A stretch of 46,552 nt of DNA from Nitrososphaeria archaeon (GTDB lineage Archaea; Thermoproteota; Nitrososphaeria; Nitrososphaerales; Nitrososphaeraceae): NCBI GenBank assembly GCA_021324715.1, contig JAJPIN010000065.1, positions 1-46,552 of the forward strand, given 5' to 3'. The translations under genes were made by a program, and so were the position numbers. Positions 20,107 through 30,442 of the stretch are shown here, in pieces. Positions within the stretch are counted from its first letter, which is position 1. Each line of letters begins with the position of its first letter. The notes beneath the pieces were generated by a model. It had not been told where the DNA came from and searched no databases. It saw only the letters and a list, made by a program, of their open reading frames with translations.

Positions 20107-21054
20107 CTAAAAGTGGGCCATAACTTTATTTAATATGTTTGGTAATTCGTTGACATCTTTAATGACTAAGGAAGTTCCATTGTTATCGAACAACTTCCTT
20201 ATCCTCTTAGATCTTGCATTAGGGTCACATATTCCAATTAGTTCAATCTGGATTTTTGACACTTTTTTTGCTCTTTTAACCATAATCAAATCTTCAGCCG
20301 AATCCCCAACATAAAAGGCATTTTTTACTCCAAAACTTTTGACGCACTTTACTAATGCTGCGGGATTGGGCTTACCCATATCCCGTCTTTCATCTTCTAG
20401 GAAAACTGAGCCGGTCAAGTCAAAAAATTTAAAAATTGATTTCATGGAATACATTGCTGCTGTTTTACTTCTGCCAGAAACAACTCCTATTCTCTTATTA
20501 AAAAGAATTGATAATTTCTTCATAGTCGAATAACGCACTAGAAGAGTATCTTTTTCAATCAGCGGCCTCTCAAAGTAATATTTTGGGATTGCATTGTGTT
20601 GTTTTTTGAATAAAATTGGTCCATAAAAATATTCGTCAAAAATTCGAGTCAACATGCTACTGTCTATATTTCCTGGATAGTTTAGCCTCTTCTTAATCTC
20701 ATTTAGGGAGGATTTGGAGTATTTTTGCAGATATTCTTCTACAGAGATTATCCCATTCATCGTTGCATCGTTAGTAATATTTTCTAAAAAACAATGCAAA
20801 TCAGAAATTTTAGATGGACCACAAAGTATGCTCAGGATAAATGCATAACTTGTATCTATGTCGTTGTTAAACATCCCAGATTTACGAAAATTGAAAATCA
20901 TCTCATCACTCACTAAAGTTTTTACACCCATAATAGCTGGGTTGAAGTAACTAACTACATATTGCACTGTTTTTTTTATAGCTTCATTATAGGATTTACG
21001 GGTATCAATCAACACACCATCAATATCAAAAATAATACATGCATTTGAATACAT
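20107..21054 (-). CDS. HAD-superfamily hydrolase in his operon (candidate histidinol-phosphatase)
   Basis: FDIDGVL, SGR, KPNP, YVGDS.ED; ATG at 21054 preferred because the 21114 start overlaps hisC. Confidence 0.8.
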   Translation of the reverse strand: MYSNACIIFDIDGVLIDTRKSYNEAIKKTVQYVVSYFNPAIMGVKTLVSDEMIFNFRKSGMFNNDIDTSYAFILSILCGPSKISDLHCFLENITNDATMNGIISVEEYLQKYSKSSLNEIKKRLNYPGNIDSSMLTRIFDEYFYGPILFKKQHNAIPKYYFERPLIEKDTLLVRYSTMKKLSILFNKRIGVVSGRSKTAAMYSMKSIFKFFDLTGSVFLEDERRDMGKPNPAALVKCVKSFGVKNAFYVGDSAEDLIMVKRAKKVSKIQIELIGICDPNARSKRIRKLFDNNGTSLVIKDVNELPNILNKVMAHF

Positions 21055-21076
21055 TCTATTGAAATCAACTCTAAAT

Positions 21077-22141
21077 TTATTGAATGCTGTTAAATACGGA
21101 AAGTATTTTGTCATTCATTTTCTTTGTACCTATGGTTATTCTAATACAGTTTCCATAGCTCCCAATCTTGTCCAATCCCCTGGCTATTATCTTTCTATTA
21201 TCAAATGACTCTATAACTCGATCATATTCCTCGTTACATTTTATAAAAAGAAAATTTGCATCCGACCTGTAAACATCTATTTTTTTGATTTTTGAAAGAT
21301 TATGGTAGAGTTTGTCCCTTTCATGTCTTATTAGCGATATACTTTTTTCGACTCTATCAGAATTGGAGATAACGGATATTGCGATAGCAAGTGAAATACT
21401 GTTTACTGCATATGGTGATTGAACCCTGTTTTTAAATAATTCTACAAGTTCTTCATTTGCTATCATGTATCCTATTCTTGCACCTGCCAGCCCCAATGCC
21501 TTTGAAAATGTTCGAAGAATTACAAGATTTGGAAATTCTTGTACATACTTTGATAATGAATATTTTGCAAATTCTACATATGCCTCATCTATTATTACCA
21601 GATTATTTTTCAAGTTACCCAGAATTTCCAGCATTTGTGATCTTTCAAATTGATTTCCTGTTGGATTGTTTGGTGAGCACAAATAAATTGCATGAGACTT
21701 TTTTGCATCATCAATAAATTTTTCACTATCAAATGTGTTATCAATAGAAGAGAGCATTATTTCAGAAGACGTTACTCCGTGTAATTGGCATCTTGTTTTA
21801 AAATAAGAAAAGGTGGGGTATATGGTTGTTAACCTCCTCCCTTTTCCAATTAATGTCAACAGTAAATCTATAATCTGATCAGAACCACTTCCTAGTACGA
21901 GTGACTTTTCACTAACCATAAGATAGTCTGAAAGTTTCTTGTATAACTGGTCATAAAGCTCAGTGGGGTATTTTCTTAGATCAATTTTTTTTATACTTTT
22001 TAAAGAAATTTTCATGAGAAAATTTTTGTCTAAAACAAGATTTTCGTTCGCATCCATTTTAAAATGATCGCTATTACAAACTGTTCCATATTTTTCAATC
22101 ATTGAAATTTTCTCAATTTCTTTCTTCAGCCAGTTTGTCAT
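21077..22141 (-). CDS. hisC: histidinol-phosphate aminotransferase
   Basis: ANEN, GSDQ, SPNNPTG, DEAY.EF, RTFSKA.GLAG.RIGY. Confidence 0.95.
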   Translation of the reverse strand: MTNWLKKEIEKISMIEKYGTVCNSDHFKMDANENLVLDKNFLMKISLKSIKKIDLRKYPTELYDQLYKKLSDYLMVSEKSLVLGSGSDQIIDLLLTLIGKGRRLTTIYPTFSYFKTRCQLHGVTSSEIMLSSIDNTFDSEKFIDDAKKSHAIYLCSPNNPTGNQFERSQMLEILGNLKNNLVIIDEAYVEFAKYSLSKYVQEFPNLVILRTFSKALGLAGARIGYMIANEELVELFKNRVQSPYAVNSISLAIAISVISNSDRVEKSISLIRHERDKLYHNLSKIKKIDVYRSDANFLFIKCNEEYDRVIESFDNRKIIARGLDKIGSYGNCIRITIGTKKMNDKILSVFNSIQ

Positions 22142-22142
22142 T

Positions 22143-23426
22143 TTAATTTTTGAACCTCTCTTCCACAGCAGTAAAATGGTTTGGTAAGCCTTCAGCTAAC
22201 GATAATTCCTTAACACATTGTCGAATCGATTGAAGACCTTTTCTTGTTACTTTAACTTGGTTAACTAACTTGATGAAATCAAGTACGGAGAGTGAAGATT
22301 TAGATTTGCCAAATTCCATAGTTGGTAACACATGATTTGAACCGAGACAATAATCGCTAGCCGCTGAAGGACTATACTTCCCTAACAATATCACACCTGC
22401 AGTACTAATCTTGGAAGCAAATTTTTTAGGATTTTCGGTTAAAACTTCAAGATGTTCGGGAGCTAATTCGTTAATGAATAATACAGCTATCTCTTCTGTA
22501 TCACATAATGCTATAAAGGCATTATTCTTAAAACTTTTTGAAACTATATCCAATCTTGGTAAGGAGCTATTTAATGCCTTAGTAATTTCATTTTTTAATT
22601 TTCTAACGAGCTTTATTGAAGTAGTAACTATACCACAAAATGTGTCCTGACTATGTTCAGCTTGGGAAATCAAATCCCTGACCACAAAATTGGGATCAGA
22701 TGTATAATCCGCATATATTATAAGCTCGGTTGGACCAGCTATCATATCAATAGCAGTCTTATTGCTAACCAGTGATTTTGCAATGTTAACGAATAAACCC
22801 CCTGGACCTATAATTTTATCAACCTTCTTTATTGTTTTAGTCCCATATGCGAGAGCTGCCACTGCTTGAGCACCACCCACTTTATAGACTTCCTCAATAC
22901 CACACATATCTGCAGCAACAAGTGTTAGTGGATCGATATTACCATTTTTCATAGGTGGACTTACTACGGCTATTCTGTTAACATCTGCAACAATTGCAGG
23001 AATCGCACACATTATCAGAGTGCTTGGATATCGCGCTTTACCTCCAGGGACGTAACATCCAACACTGTCAATTGGCTTGATAGCTCTTTCAATTTTGACT
23101 CCATCTTCTGATGATATAATTCCAGTTAATCGTCGTAGTAACATTTTTTCATTCTTTTCAAGCAGCTTCTTACTCCTTCTAAGAGATTTCAATTGATTCA
23201 ACGTCACCTGTTGGTAAGCTTTTTTAAATTCTTCTTTATCTACTACAATAGAATCGATTTTTACTTTATCGTATTTTTTAGTATACTTCGTAAGTGCAAT
23301 ATCCCCAAATTTGATAACGTCATCAATAATCTTTTCAACAATAATACTTTTATCGGGTAGGCGATTCAAACAACGAATCTGTGTTGCTTCTCTAGTTCCG
23401 TTCTTTACCTGTATTGTTTTAATCAC
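22143..23426 (-). CDS. hisD: histidinol dehydrogenase
   Basis: GCYVPGG, GGAQA.AALAYG, DMIAGPTE, SQAEH, APEHL, GSNHVLPT. Confidence 0.97.
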   Translation of the reverse strand: MIKTIQVKNGTREATQIRCLNRLPDKSIIVEKIIDDVIKFGDIALTKYTKKYDKVKIDSIVVDKEEFKKAYQQVTLNQLKSLRRSKKLLEKNEKMLLRRLTGIISSEDGVKIERAIKPIDSVGCYVPGGKARYPSTLIMCAIPAIVADVNRIAVVSPPMKNGNIDPLTLVAADMCGIEEVYKVGGAQAVAALAYGTKTIKKVDKIIGPGGLFVNIAKSLVSNKTAIDMIAGPTELIIYADYTSDPNFVVRDLISQAEHSQDTFCGIVTTSIKLVRKLKNEITKALNSSLPRLDIVSKSFKNNAFIALCDTEEIAVLFINELAPEHLEVLTENPKKFASKISTAGVILLGKYSPSAASDYCLGSNHVLPTMEFGKSKSSLSVLDFIKLVNQVKVTRKGLQSIRQCVKELSLAEGLPNHFTAVEERFKN

Positions 23427-24400
23427 TTATCCATAACCTGTTTTAGTTCCTCTAATGGGAGTATTTGCTTTGGCTGCATGACTACAAGTCCCTGTGCTAT
23501 CTCTCTCATCTTTGGAACTATTTTTATGAACTCTCTTTTATCTATGACCGTATTAACGCCGTACCAACCTTCTTCACTCAATTTGCTAATTGTGGGCCTT
23601 TTTAGGGCCGGCAGGCTATCCAATAATTTCTGAAGATTTTCTTCTTTCACATTAACAAAAATATGAAGTTTTTTCCTTGCTTCAACAACTCCCTTTACAA
23701 GTGCAAGGATGTCTGCAATTTTTTCAGCTTTTATCTTGTCTTCTAATGAATTCTTGTTTGCAATTAATTGAGCGCTTGAATGTGCCACAGTTTCAATAAG
23801 CTTTAAGTTATTTTGAACTAGTGTCGTTCCTGTTTCTGTTATGTCACAAATTGCGTCTACATCTTCGGGAGGTTTGGCTTCTGTCGCACCAAAGGATAGA
23901 AAGATTTCAACCATTTTATTTTCACCAATTCTAATCCACGGTGTAATGATCATTGGTCTAACATCACCATAATATTTTTGGTATGATATGTTAGAACGTA
24001 TGAGAGCTGAAGTAGTAGTAAGGTATTCAGATGAAATTCTTAGTGTACGTTTCTGTTTTGCGAAACCTTCTATTAATTCAGTTAAATTGTTATATTCAAA
24101 ATTTTCCGGAATCGCTATGACTTGATTTACTTGACCATATTCTAGATCTAGTAAGATCTTGACGTCTGCACTCGCCTCAGCAATCCAATCTTTACCAGTA
24201 ATTCCTATATCATAAAATCCTTCTTGGACATAAGTAGGGATCTCTTGTGGTCTCAATATTTTTACTTCGATCTCAGGATCGCTTAGCTTAACTCTATAGG
24301 TTCTTCCACGACCCTTAACGGGTTCCCATGCTTCTTCTAGAATTCTGAACGTCGCATCTTCGATACTACCTTTTGGTATCGCAAATTTTACTGTTGCCAT
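23423..24400 (-). CDS. hisG: ATP phosphoribosyltransferase (long form)
   Basis: AIPKGS, RPQEIP.YV..G..DIGITG.D, GATE, DITETGTTL; C-terminal regulatory domain. Confidence 0.95.
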   Translation of the reverse strand: MATVKFAIPKGSIEDATFRILEEAWEPVKGRGRTYRVKLSDPEIEVKILRPQEIPTYVQEGFYDIGITGKDWIAEASADVKILLDLEYGQVNQVIAIPENFEYNNLTELIEGFAKQKRTLRISSEYLTTTSALIRSNISYQKYYGDVRPMIITPWIRIGENKMVEIFLSFGATEAKPPEDVDAICDITETGTTLVQNNLKLIETVAHSSAQLIANKNSLEDKIKAEKIADILALVKGVVEARKKLHIFVNVKEENLQKLLDSLPALKRPTISKLSEEGWYGVNTVIDKREFIKIVPKMREIAQGLVVMQPKQILPLEELKQVMDK

Positions 24401-24526
24401 CTCTTATCCGAAGGATCTTTTTAATGGGATATATTTCTATTGAAATATCATTTGTAGGGAACTCTTTTCTGAGGATTATTTTGATAGTTTATATCAAATA
24501 TTCTTCAAGATTATTTATAAAACATT

Positions 24527-25789
24527 CTAGGTTGAATTGGGATTTCTATTTTGCAACTCATGTAGAATTGTCCTGGCACTGTTCAAATTTATGTTCGACT
24601 GCCTATACATGGTATCAGATACAATTTCAACCAATTTACCAGTTGCTCCCGCCGCAACAGCAATATTCTTTGCATGTAATTTCATGTGTCCCTTTTGAAT
24701 TCCTTCTGTAGCTAAAGCCCTGATTGCTGCGAAATTCTGAGCAAGTCCAACTGATGCAACAATACATGCTAATTCACTCGCTGATTTTACTCCTAATATT
24801 TTCAGACACATTTTCGCAACTGGATGAACTGTAGATATTCCACCCACAATGCCGACTGACAGAGGAATTTCAATTCTCCCTAGGAGATCGCCATTAGATG
24901 ACTTTGAGTAAGTGGTAAGAGTTCGGTATTTTCCGTCTCTAGATGCATAGGCATGGGCGGCAGCTTCTATGGCGCGAAAATCTTGACCTGTTGCGATAGA
25001 AACTGCATCTACTCCATTCATGATCCCTTTGTTATGAGTTACCGCCCTATGTGGATCAGAAAAGGCAAAAGCAAATGCAGATAGAATCCTGTCAACTATT
25101 TCCGTTCCGCCAAGTTCTTCTTTCTTGAAAGTTGCTTTACTTGTAGCGACTCTTTCTGTAGCATAATTAGAAAGTATTTTTAGTATAACCTTACCGTTTG
25201 TCTTTCTTTCTATTTCAGGACCCAATAGTTCGCACATTGAATTTATGGTATTAGCGCCCATTGCATCTTTACAATCAACGTACACTTCTGCCACAAGCAT
25301 TTTACGTTTACCTATCTCATTTTTGATAACTCTTGTTTTCAGATCCACTGCCCTGACATTTTTTGAGCATGAATTAGCAATACTGAGTAGCGAATCTTTG
25401 CTCTTTGAAATAGTACCCATCGCTCTCTTGAAATTTGACACGTTAATTACTTGAATCTGGCCTCTCATAATAGAACTATCAGCACTTGCGTTAAATCCTC
25501 CGGTAGACTTCGCTAGTTTTGCCGAATGGCTCGCGGCTGCGACAACAGACGGTTCTTCAATGGCCATAGGAACCAGGTAGTCTTTTCCATTTATTAGAAA
25601 ATTTGTTGCAATGCCAAGAGGAAGCGAAAATACTCCTATCGCATTTTCTACCATTTTGTCAATTTTATCAAATGATAATGCTTGATTTACGGCAGTTGAA
25701 ATTTCATCTTTTGTAAGATTAGTTTTTGATGCAATTAATGATAATCTCTGGGCTAGGCTCATTTGATAGAATTTCCTTTCTTTAATCAT
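24527..25789 (-). CDS. hmgA: HMG-CoA reductase (class II)
   Basis: ENAIG, EEPSVVAA, DAMGAN, THNKGIMNG, GQDFRA.EA, GIQKGHMKLH. Confidence 0.95.
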   Translation of the reverse strand: MIKERKFYQMSLAQRLSLIASKTNLTKDEISTAVNQALSFDKIDKMVENAIGVFSLPLGIATNFLINGKDYLVPMAIEEPSVVAAASHSAKLAKSTGGFNASADSSIMRGQIQVINVSNFKRAMGTISKSKDSLLSIANSCSKNVRAVDLKTRVIKNEIGKRKMLVAEVYVDCKDAMGANTINSMCELLGPEIERKTNGKVILKILSNYATERVATSKATFKKEELGGTEIVDRILSAFAFAFSDPHRAVTHNKGIMNGVDAVSIATGQDFRAIEAAAHAYASRDGKYRTLTTYSKSSNGDLLGRIEIPLSVGIVGGISTVHPVAKMCLKILGVKSASELACIVASVGLAQNFAAIRALATEGIQKGHMKLHAKNIAVAAGATGKLVEIVSDTMYRQSNINLNSARTILHELQNRNPNST

Positions 25790-25800
25790 TGGTACGTTTA

Positions 25801-26928
25801 CTATGAGTGTGTGAGCCTTAATATTTTGTCATCGCCCAGCTGTGGCATGCCGTTCCCATCGGTATTGCTCGTAAGAACAAAAATTGATCCATCTCGAGAT
25901 TCAATGACATCATTAAGGCGACCATATCCTACAAGTATGGTATTCTGGTTACCCGTTTTAAAATCAATATCTCTTAGGTGTGATCCCTTTAGAGTGGCAA
26001 TAATGAGATGATTCTTGTATCCCAGCTTATTTGATGACGCAAATGTAATTCCGGAAGGTTCTAAAGATGGATTGTAACAAAGCAGGGGTGCAGTGTTTTT
26101 AGTACTTTTATTACATTCTTCATCGGGCCAACCATAATTTTTGCCCGGTGATACCAAATTTATTTCATCATTGCCTGCTGCACCTAGGTCAGAAGCGTAC
26201 AGTTCTCTGCTCTCAGGATCCCATGCAAGTCCTTGAACATTTCTAAATCCATAAGCATAAACCGGTGAGTTTGAAAATGGATTGTCTTTTGGAACGGTTC
26301 CGTCTCCATTAACTCGAAGAATTTTTCCCGCCAGAGAATTCAGGTCCTGAGATAATTCTGGTATTGAAGCATCTCCTGTTGAAATATACAACATTCGATC
26401 AGGACCAAATTTAATACGTCCACCATCACGAAACTCACTTCCTGGGATACCGTCCAGTATTGTCCTAGAATCTATTATTCTATTATTGCTTTCTTGAAGC
26501 ATTAAGACTTTGTTGAATAATCCCGTGCCATTCGAATAGGTGTAGTATACATAAAACAAATGATTCTTCGTAAAATTTGGGTGTAATGCAATACCCAACA
26601 AACCTGCATCTCCGAGATTCTCTACCCTAATGTCACCAACCGGTTCTGATAAGAGGGTACGATTTTCAATAACTCTAATACTCCCATGTTTTTCAGTAAA
26701 GAAAATTCTACCGTCATCAGCTATATCAATAGCCCTTGGCGCTTGTAATCCTCGTGCAACAACTTCTACTCCCTTAGAATTTGACAAGCTACTTGAATTC
26801 GATACTGGTGATGGTAAGGGTACCAGGGTTTCAGATGGCGAAAATTTCATGGTAAATATGCTTATAATTATAACAAGGGCGGAAGGGATAACAAGGCGAA
26901 TTAGCTGTCTTCTATCCATATCGTGCAT
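25801..26928 (-). CDS. PQQ-dependent soluble sugar dehydrogenase (GSDH) family, exported
   Basis: GLLGIALHP.F, GGRIKFGPD..LY..TGD, GKILR...DG..P.DNP, YG.RN.QG, DEIN....G.NYGWP. Confidence 0.9.
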   Translation of the reverse strand: MHDMDRRQLIRLVIPSALVIIISIFTMKFSPSETLVPLPSPVSNSSSLSNSKGVEVVARGLQAPRAIDIADDGRIFFTEKHGSIRVIENRTLLSEPVGDIRVENLGDAGLLGIALHPNFTKNHLFYVYYTYSNGTGLFNKVLMLQESNNRIIDSRTILDGIPGSEFRDGGRIKFGPDRMLYISTGDASIPELSQDLNSLAGKILRVNGDGTVPKDNPFSNSPVYAYGFRNVQGLAWDPESRELYASDLGAAGNDEINLVSPGKNYGWPDEECNKSTKNTAPLLCYNPSLEPSGITFASSNKLGYKNHLIIATLKGSHLRDIDFKTGNQNTILVGYGRLNDVIESRDGSIFVLTSNTDGNGMPQLGDDKILRLTHS

Positions 26929-27007
26929 TAGACTTGATTTTTTATAATTCTATTCAATTTGTTCGATTACGTCGTTATACGGCTCCCGGAAATTTGGCAA
27001 ATCATGA

Positions 27008-27128
27008 CGCAGATGAGGAGATTTGAACTCCTGCTCGCCCGAAGGCGAATCGGCTTTCTTTCGGCCTAACTCAAGGCCGACGCATTATTGTGTTCTTAAA
27101 TATAAGAAGACCACTCTGCCACATCTGC
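27008..27128 (-). tRNA. tRNA-Ser(TGA) with two introns (27109-27087 at 20/21; 27069-27056 at 37/38)
   Basis: Acceptor GCAGATG/CATCTGC with G73, anticodon stem TCGGC/GCCGA with CT-TGA-G, long variable arm TCGCC-TTCG-GGCGA, T arm AGGAG-TTCAAAT-CTCCT; both inserts form relaxed BHB/BHL motifs. Confidence 0.9.
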
Positions 27129-27252
27129 TTGAATTTCTTGGACTATCTCTTATTTTTATTTGTTTAAATAGCACGCTAGGGATTGATTGAGGCGTTTTGA
27201 TTATAAATGGCGTAATATTTTGTATGATAGTAATCGATAGTTTAGTGAACCA

Positions 27253-28362
27253 TTGATGATACCAATTAATAAACCACAAATTGATGAAAATGAACGGCAG
27301 GAAATTCTTAAGGTATTGGATGAAGGAATTTTAACGTCTGCATCTAACTCTGGCGGGAAAAGGGTTCAGGATTTTGAAGGATTATTGGCAGATTTCTTGC
27401 ATGTCAAGCATGCAATTGCAGTGAATTCTGGCACAGCGGCATTAAATGCATCTATTCTTGCGGCAGGGATTAAAGAAACGGATGAAATTTTGATTCCTTC
27501 ATTTACGTTTGTTGCGACCGCAAATTCGGTAGCATGTACAGGAGCCAAACCAGTGTTTGTGGATATTGAAAAAGATACCTATACAATGAACCCTCTTGAT
27601 CTAGAAAATAAAATCACCAAGAAAACAAGGGCGATAATCCCAGTGCACCTATATGGTCATCCAGCCAAGATGGATGAAATACTGGAAATTGCAAGGAAAC
27701 ATTCTCTAATTGTAATAGAAGATGCCTGCCAGTCCTTAGGCTCCTTATATAATGGAAAACAAACAGGGACAATAGGCCAAATGGGGTGTTTTAGTATGTA
27801 CGCTTCTAAAGTCTTAACATCAGGAGAGGGAGGTGCGATCACAACCAATAGCGATGAATATGCAGAAATCCTGAGAATGATAAGAAATCATGGAATGGTA
27901 CATGGTTATGATACACGAATAATCGGATTCAATATGCGATTACCAGAAATTTCTGCAGCAATCGCAAAAACTCAGATGAAAAAAATTCGATTAATGCTGG
28001 AAAAAAGGACTGTAAATGCAAAAAAGTTGGGGGAGTTATTAAATGATAGAATAGCCCGCAAATATCTAGTTCTTCCACAAGATGATAAGAGAGTAAAATA
28101 TAACTGGTACCTCTATACTGTGGCATTGATTAACAATCGAGACAGAGTGAAAAAATTTTTAAACGACAATGGAATCGGTGCAACTGTATATTATGATCCA
28201 CCAGTCCATCAGACTCCGTACTATTCAAAATTCCATAATGGAAAGCTTGAAGTTACTGAATGGGCTTCGAAAACTGTCCTCTCACTGCCCGTACATCCAT
28301 CTGTAACTGAAAACGACATAGAGCTTATCGCCAGCAAAGTTGTAGAGGCCATTAAATCATAG
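27253..28362 (+). CDS. DegT/DnrJ/EryC1/StrS family sugar aminotransferase
   Basis: NSGTAAL, TFVATAN, PVHLYG, IEDACQ, S....K....GEGG, G.N.R, LSLP; start may be ATG 27256. Confidence 0.93.
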   Translation: MMIPINKPQIDENERQEILKVLDEGILTSASNSGGKRVQDFEGLLADFLHVKHAIAVNSGTAALNASILAAGIKETDEILIPSFTFVATANSVACTGAKPVFVDIEKDTYTMNPLDLENKITKKTRAIIPVHLYGHPAKMDEILEIARKHSLIVIEDACQSLGSLYNGKQTGTIGQMGCFSMYASKVLTSGEGGAITTNSDEYAEILRMIRNHGMVHGYDTRIIGFNMRLPEISAAIAKTQMKKIRLMLEKRTVNAKKLGELLNDRIARKYLVLPQDDKRVKYNWYLYTVALINNRDRVKKFLNDNGIGATVYYDPPVHQTPYYSKFHNGKLEVTEWASKTVLSLPVHPSVTENDIELIASKVVEAIKS

Positions 28363-28517
28363 TTTTGATGATGTGTCATTAAAATAAAATCCAATAGTTA
28401 GAATGCAAATTTTATTCCACATTGATTTTTAAACAAATAGACTCATCAATTTACGCCATGATTAGCGTTCACACATATGGTTTATATAATATTCAGACAA
28501 AGATCAAAGCGATAAAC

Positions 28518-29054
28518 ATGCCTATAGATCCGGATTTTCCAAAAAATCATCAAGTTTCTGGAAAGATAGAACTTACAGACGGCGAACATTTCCATTTCAT
28601 GTGGGGACCAGGAAAAGTTGCTGAGGCTGCTGAAAACGAAGAAGTAAAAGCTGCCTATGCTGCTAGGGGTGAACAAATAGTACCTCTCGGTGTAAGCGGT
28701 ACAATGGTAGCAGTAGATTGGGATTCATGTGTAGCTGATGGTGCTTGTATCGAAGCATGTCCAGTACAGGTATTCCAGTGGTATCGAACAGAATATGATG
28801 TGCCTGCTACGGAAGCAACAAAACAGAAATGGAATGGTACAGGCAGTACTGTCAAAGAAGAGCGTAAAGATTACACCGACAAGGCAGATGCAATTCGTGA
28901 ACACGACTGTATTTGGTGTATGGCCTGTGTATCCGTTTGTCCGCCGCAAGCTGTGAAGGTAGACCAGTCATCACTTGAATTTCATGAAAAGGCTTCAGGT
29001 ACATTCAATGAAGCATTGTCGAAGGGTAGTGCACCTCCGCCACATGCGCACTAG
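28518..29054 (+). CDS. zinc-containing dicluster ferredoxin (Zfx type)
   Basis: MPIDPDF N-terminus with His-rich extension, [12 protein letters not shown] and [12 protein letters not shown]; TATA TTTATATA at 28481 favours ATG 28518 over 28422. Confidence 0.9.
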   Translation: MPIDPDFPKNHQVSGKIELTDGEHFHFMWGPGKVAEAAENEEVKAAYAARGEQIVPLGVSGTMVAVDWDSCVADGACIEACPVQVFQWYRTEYDVPATEATKQKWNGTGSTVKEERKDYTDKADAIREHDCIWCMACVSVCPPQAVKVDQSSLEFHEKASGTFNEALSKGSAPPPHAH

Positions 29055-29135
29055 GACATTTTTTCCCTCATTTTTTCCATAAACTATATTTTTACTAATT
29101 CCATTGAATTAACTTAATTTCCACAAATACTTGTC

Positions 29136-29735
29136 TTGATCATTTCTGATTCATACATGGGAATCTTTATCCCAAACGACTTTTCGTATAGAGTTCTAAA
29201 CTTTATTAACGGCAAAACGAATTTGCCGTTCATAGAGAAAGACGAATTAATAGCCTCCTTTTACATTTTTGGAAAGGATCATAAAGTAAATGGGGATCTT
29301 GAAATTACCAACGTTAAAGATATAGCTAGGAAAACAATGGAGCAAATTGCAAGGCAAATTCGATTTTATGCCAACAATCCAATAAATATGAACCAAGACT
29401 TGTTAAGAGAGAATTTCAACAAAAGATCAATGCAAATTTTGATCGAGTCAGATATTAAGCATGTCAATAAGCAGATAAATTTTGATTTAACCAAAAGAAT
29501 ATCAAAGGACCCCACGATTCTATCAGATTGTTACGCTTGGCATCTTGCGTACTACAAACAAGATTACTTTTTCAAATTATTCAATCCATTTCGAGGTATT
29601 AATGTCCCAGCAGATCTTGTAGAACAATTAGAAGGACGGATGCTCATGTTAGGATTTAATGTCAAAGATTCTACTAAATTGCCTTATTACGATCCAATAA
29701 TCCCCTTTTTTCATTGGCTTGAACAGCCGTTATGA
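29136..29735 (+). CDS. hypothetical protein
   Basis: 199 aa ORF with no competing long ORF. Confidence 0.75.
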   Translation: MIISDSYMGIFIPNDFSYRVLNFINGKTNLPFIEKDELIASFYIFGKDHKVNGDLEITNVKDIARKTMEQIARQIRFYANNPINMNQDLLRENFNKRSMQILIESDIKHVNKQINFDLTKRISKDPTILSDCYAWHLAYYKQDYFFKLFNPFRGINVPADLVEQLEGRMLMLGFNVKDSTKLPYYDPIIPFFHWLEQPL

Positions 29736-29825
29736 AAGTAGACTTGTCATAAAATTAACTAGATATCTTCTAGTTAGAAGCGCAAATGTCTGTTGCTAAC
29801 AACTGAAATAAATTAATTTTTATGT

Positions 29826-30293
29826 ATGACAAAGAACATTAAAGCCCTCAATATAGCGAATAGTATGGACAAAGTAGATAATTCGTATGAAACCCTCCTG
29901 AATAGAATTCAGGGAGATTTGGTTAATGCCTCAAAGAAAGAATCAGCAAGACTGGAAATCCCCAAACCCCAAATTATTTGGGTAGGTCAGCGTACTATTT
30001 TTAGAAACTTTATGGAATTTCCTAAAGCGTTAAGGAGAGAGCCTGAAAAGATATTACTTTATTTGAATAAAGAACTTGCATCTGCAGGATATATTGCCGG
30101 TGATAGAGTCATTTTTCTGGGTCGCAAAGAACCATCTTCTTTTGATGCACTATTGGAAAGATATGTAAGGGACTACGTCATATGTCCCGTCTGTCAAAGT
30201 CCGGACACAAGAACAGAGAAAGCAAAAAAGCTGGGCTTTCTTGTATGTGAGGCTTGTGGTGCAAGGTCGTCAATAAAGGGGAATTACGCTTAA
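29826..30293 (+). CDS. eif2b: translation initiation factor 2 subunit beta
   Basis: Y..LL.R, TIFRNF, L.KEL...G, YV.CPVCQSPDT...CEACGA; start may be 29865. Confidence 0.93.
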   Translation: MTKNIKALNIANSMDKVDNSYETLLNRIQGDLVNASKKESARLEIPKPQIIWVGQRTIFRNFMEFPKALRREPEKILLYLNKELASAGYIAGDRVIFLGRKEPSSFDALLERYVRDYVICPVCQSPDTRTEKAKKLGFLVCEACGARSSIKGNYA

Positions 30294-30442
30294 AATTAAC
30301 AATCGTGTTTTTCGCTTATTTCAATCTAATACAATAGTCAATTTAAAACAAGAACTTGTTCCTATATCTCCACTTTTCCATTATTCTAGATGCAATCCGA
30401 ACATCTCAAGTGTCATAATATGTGAGTCTTGTATAGGTCTGC

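Noticed and set aside
27008-27128. Reading the tRNA as Leu or as a pseudogene
   Set aside because: TGA anticodon, G73 discriminator and a clean cloverleaf after removing two BHB-type introns indicate Ser
29756-29776. Inverted repeat TAACTAGA-N5-TCTAGTTA
   Set aside because: Single AT-rich instance; could be a terminator or chance, with no further support
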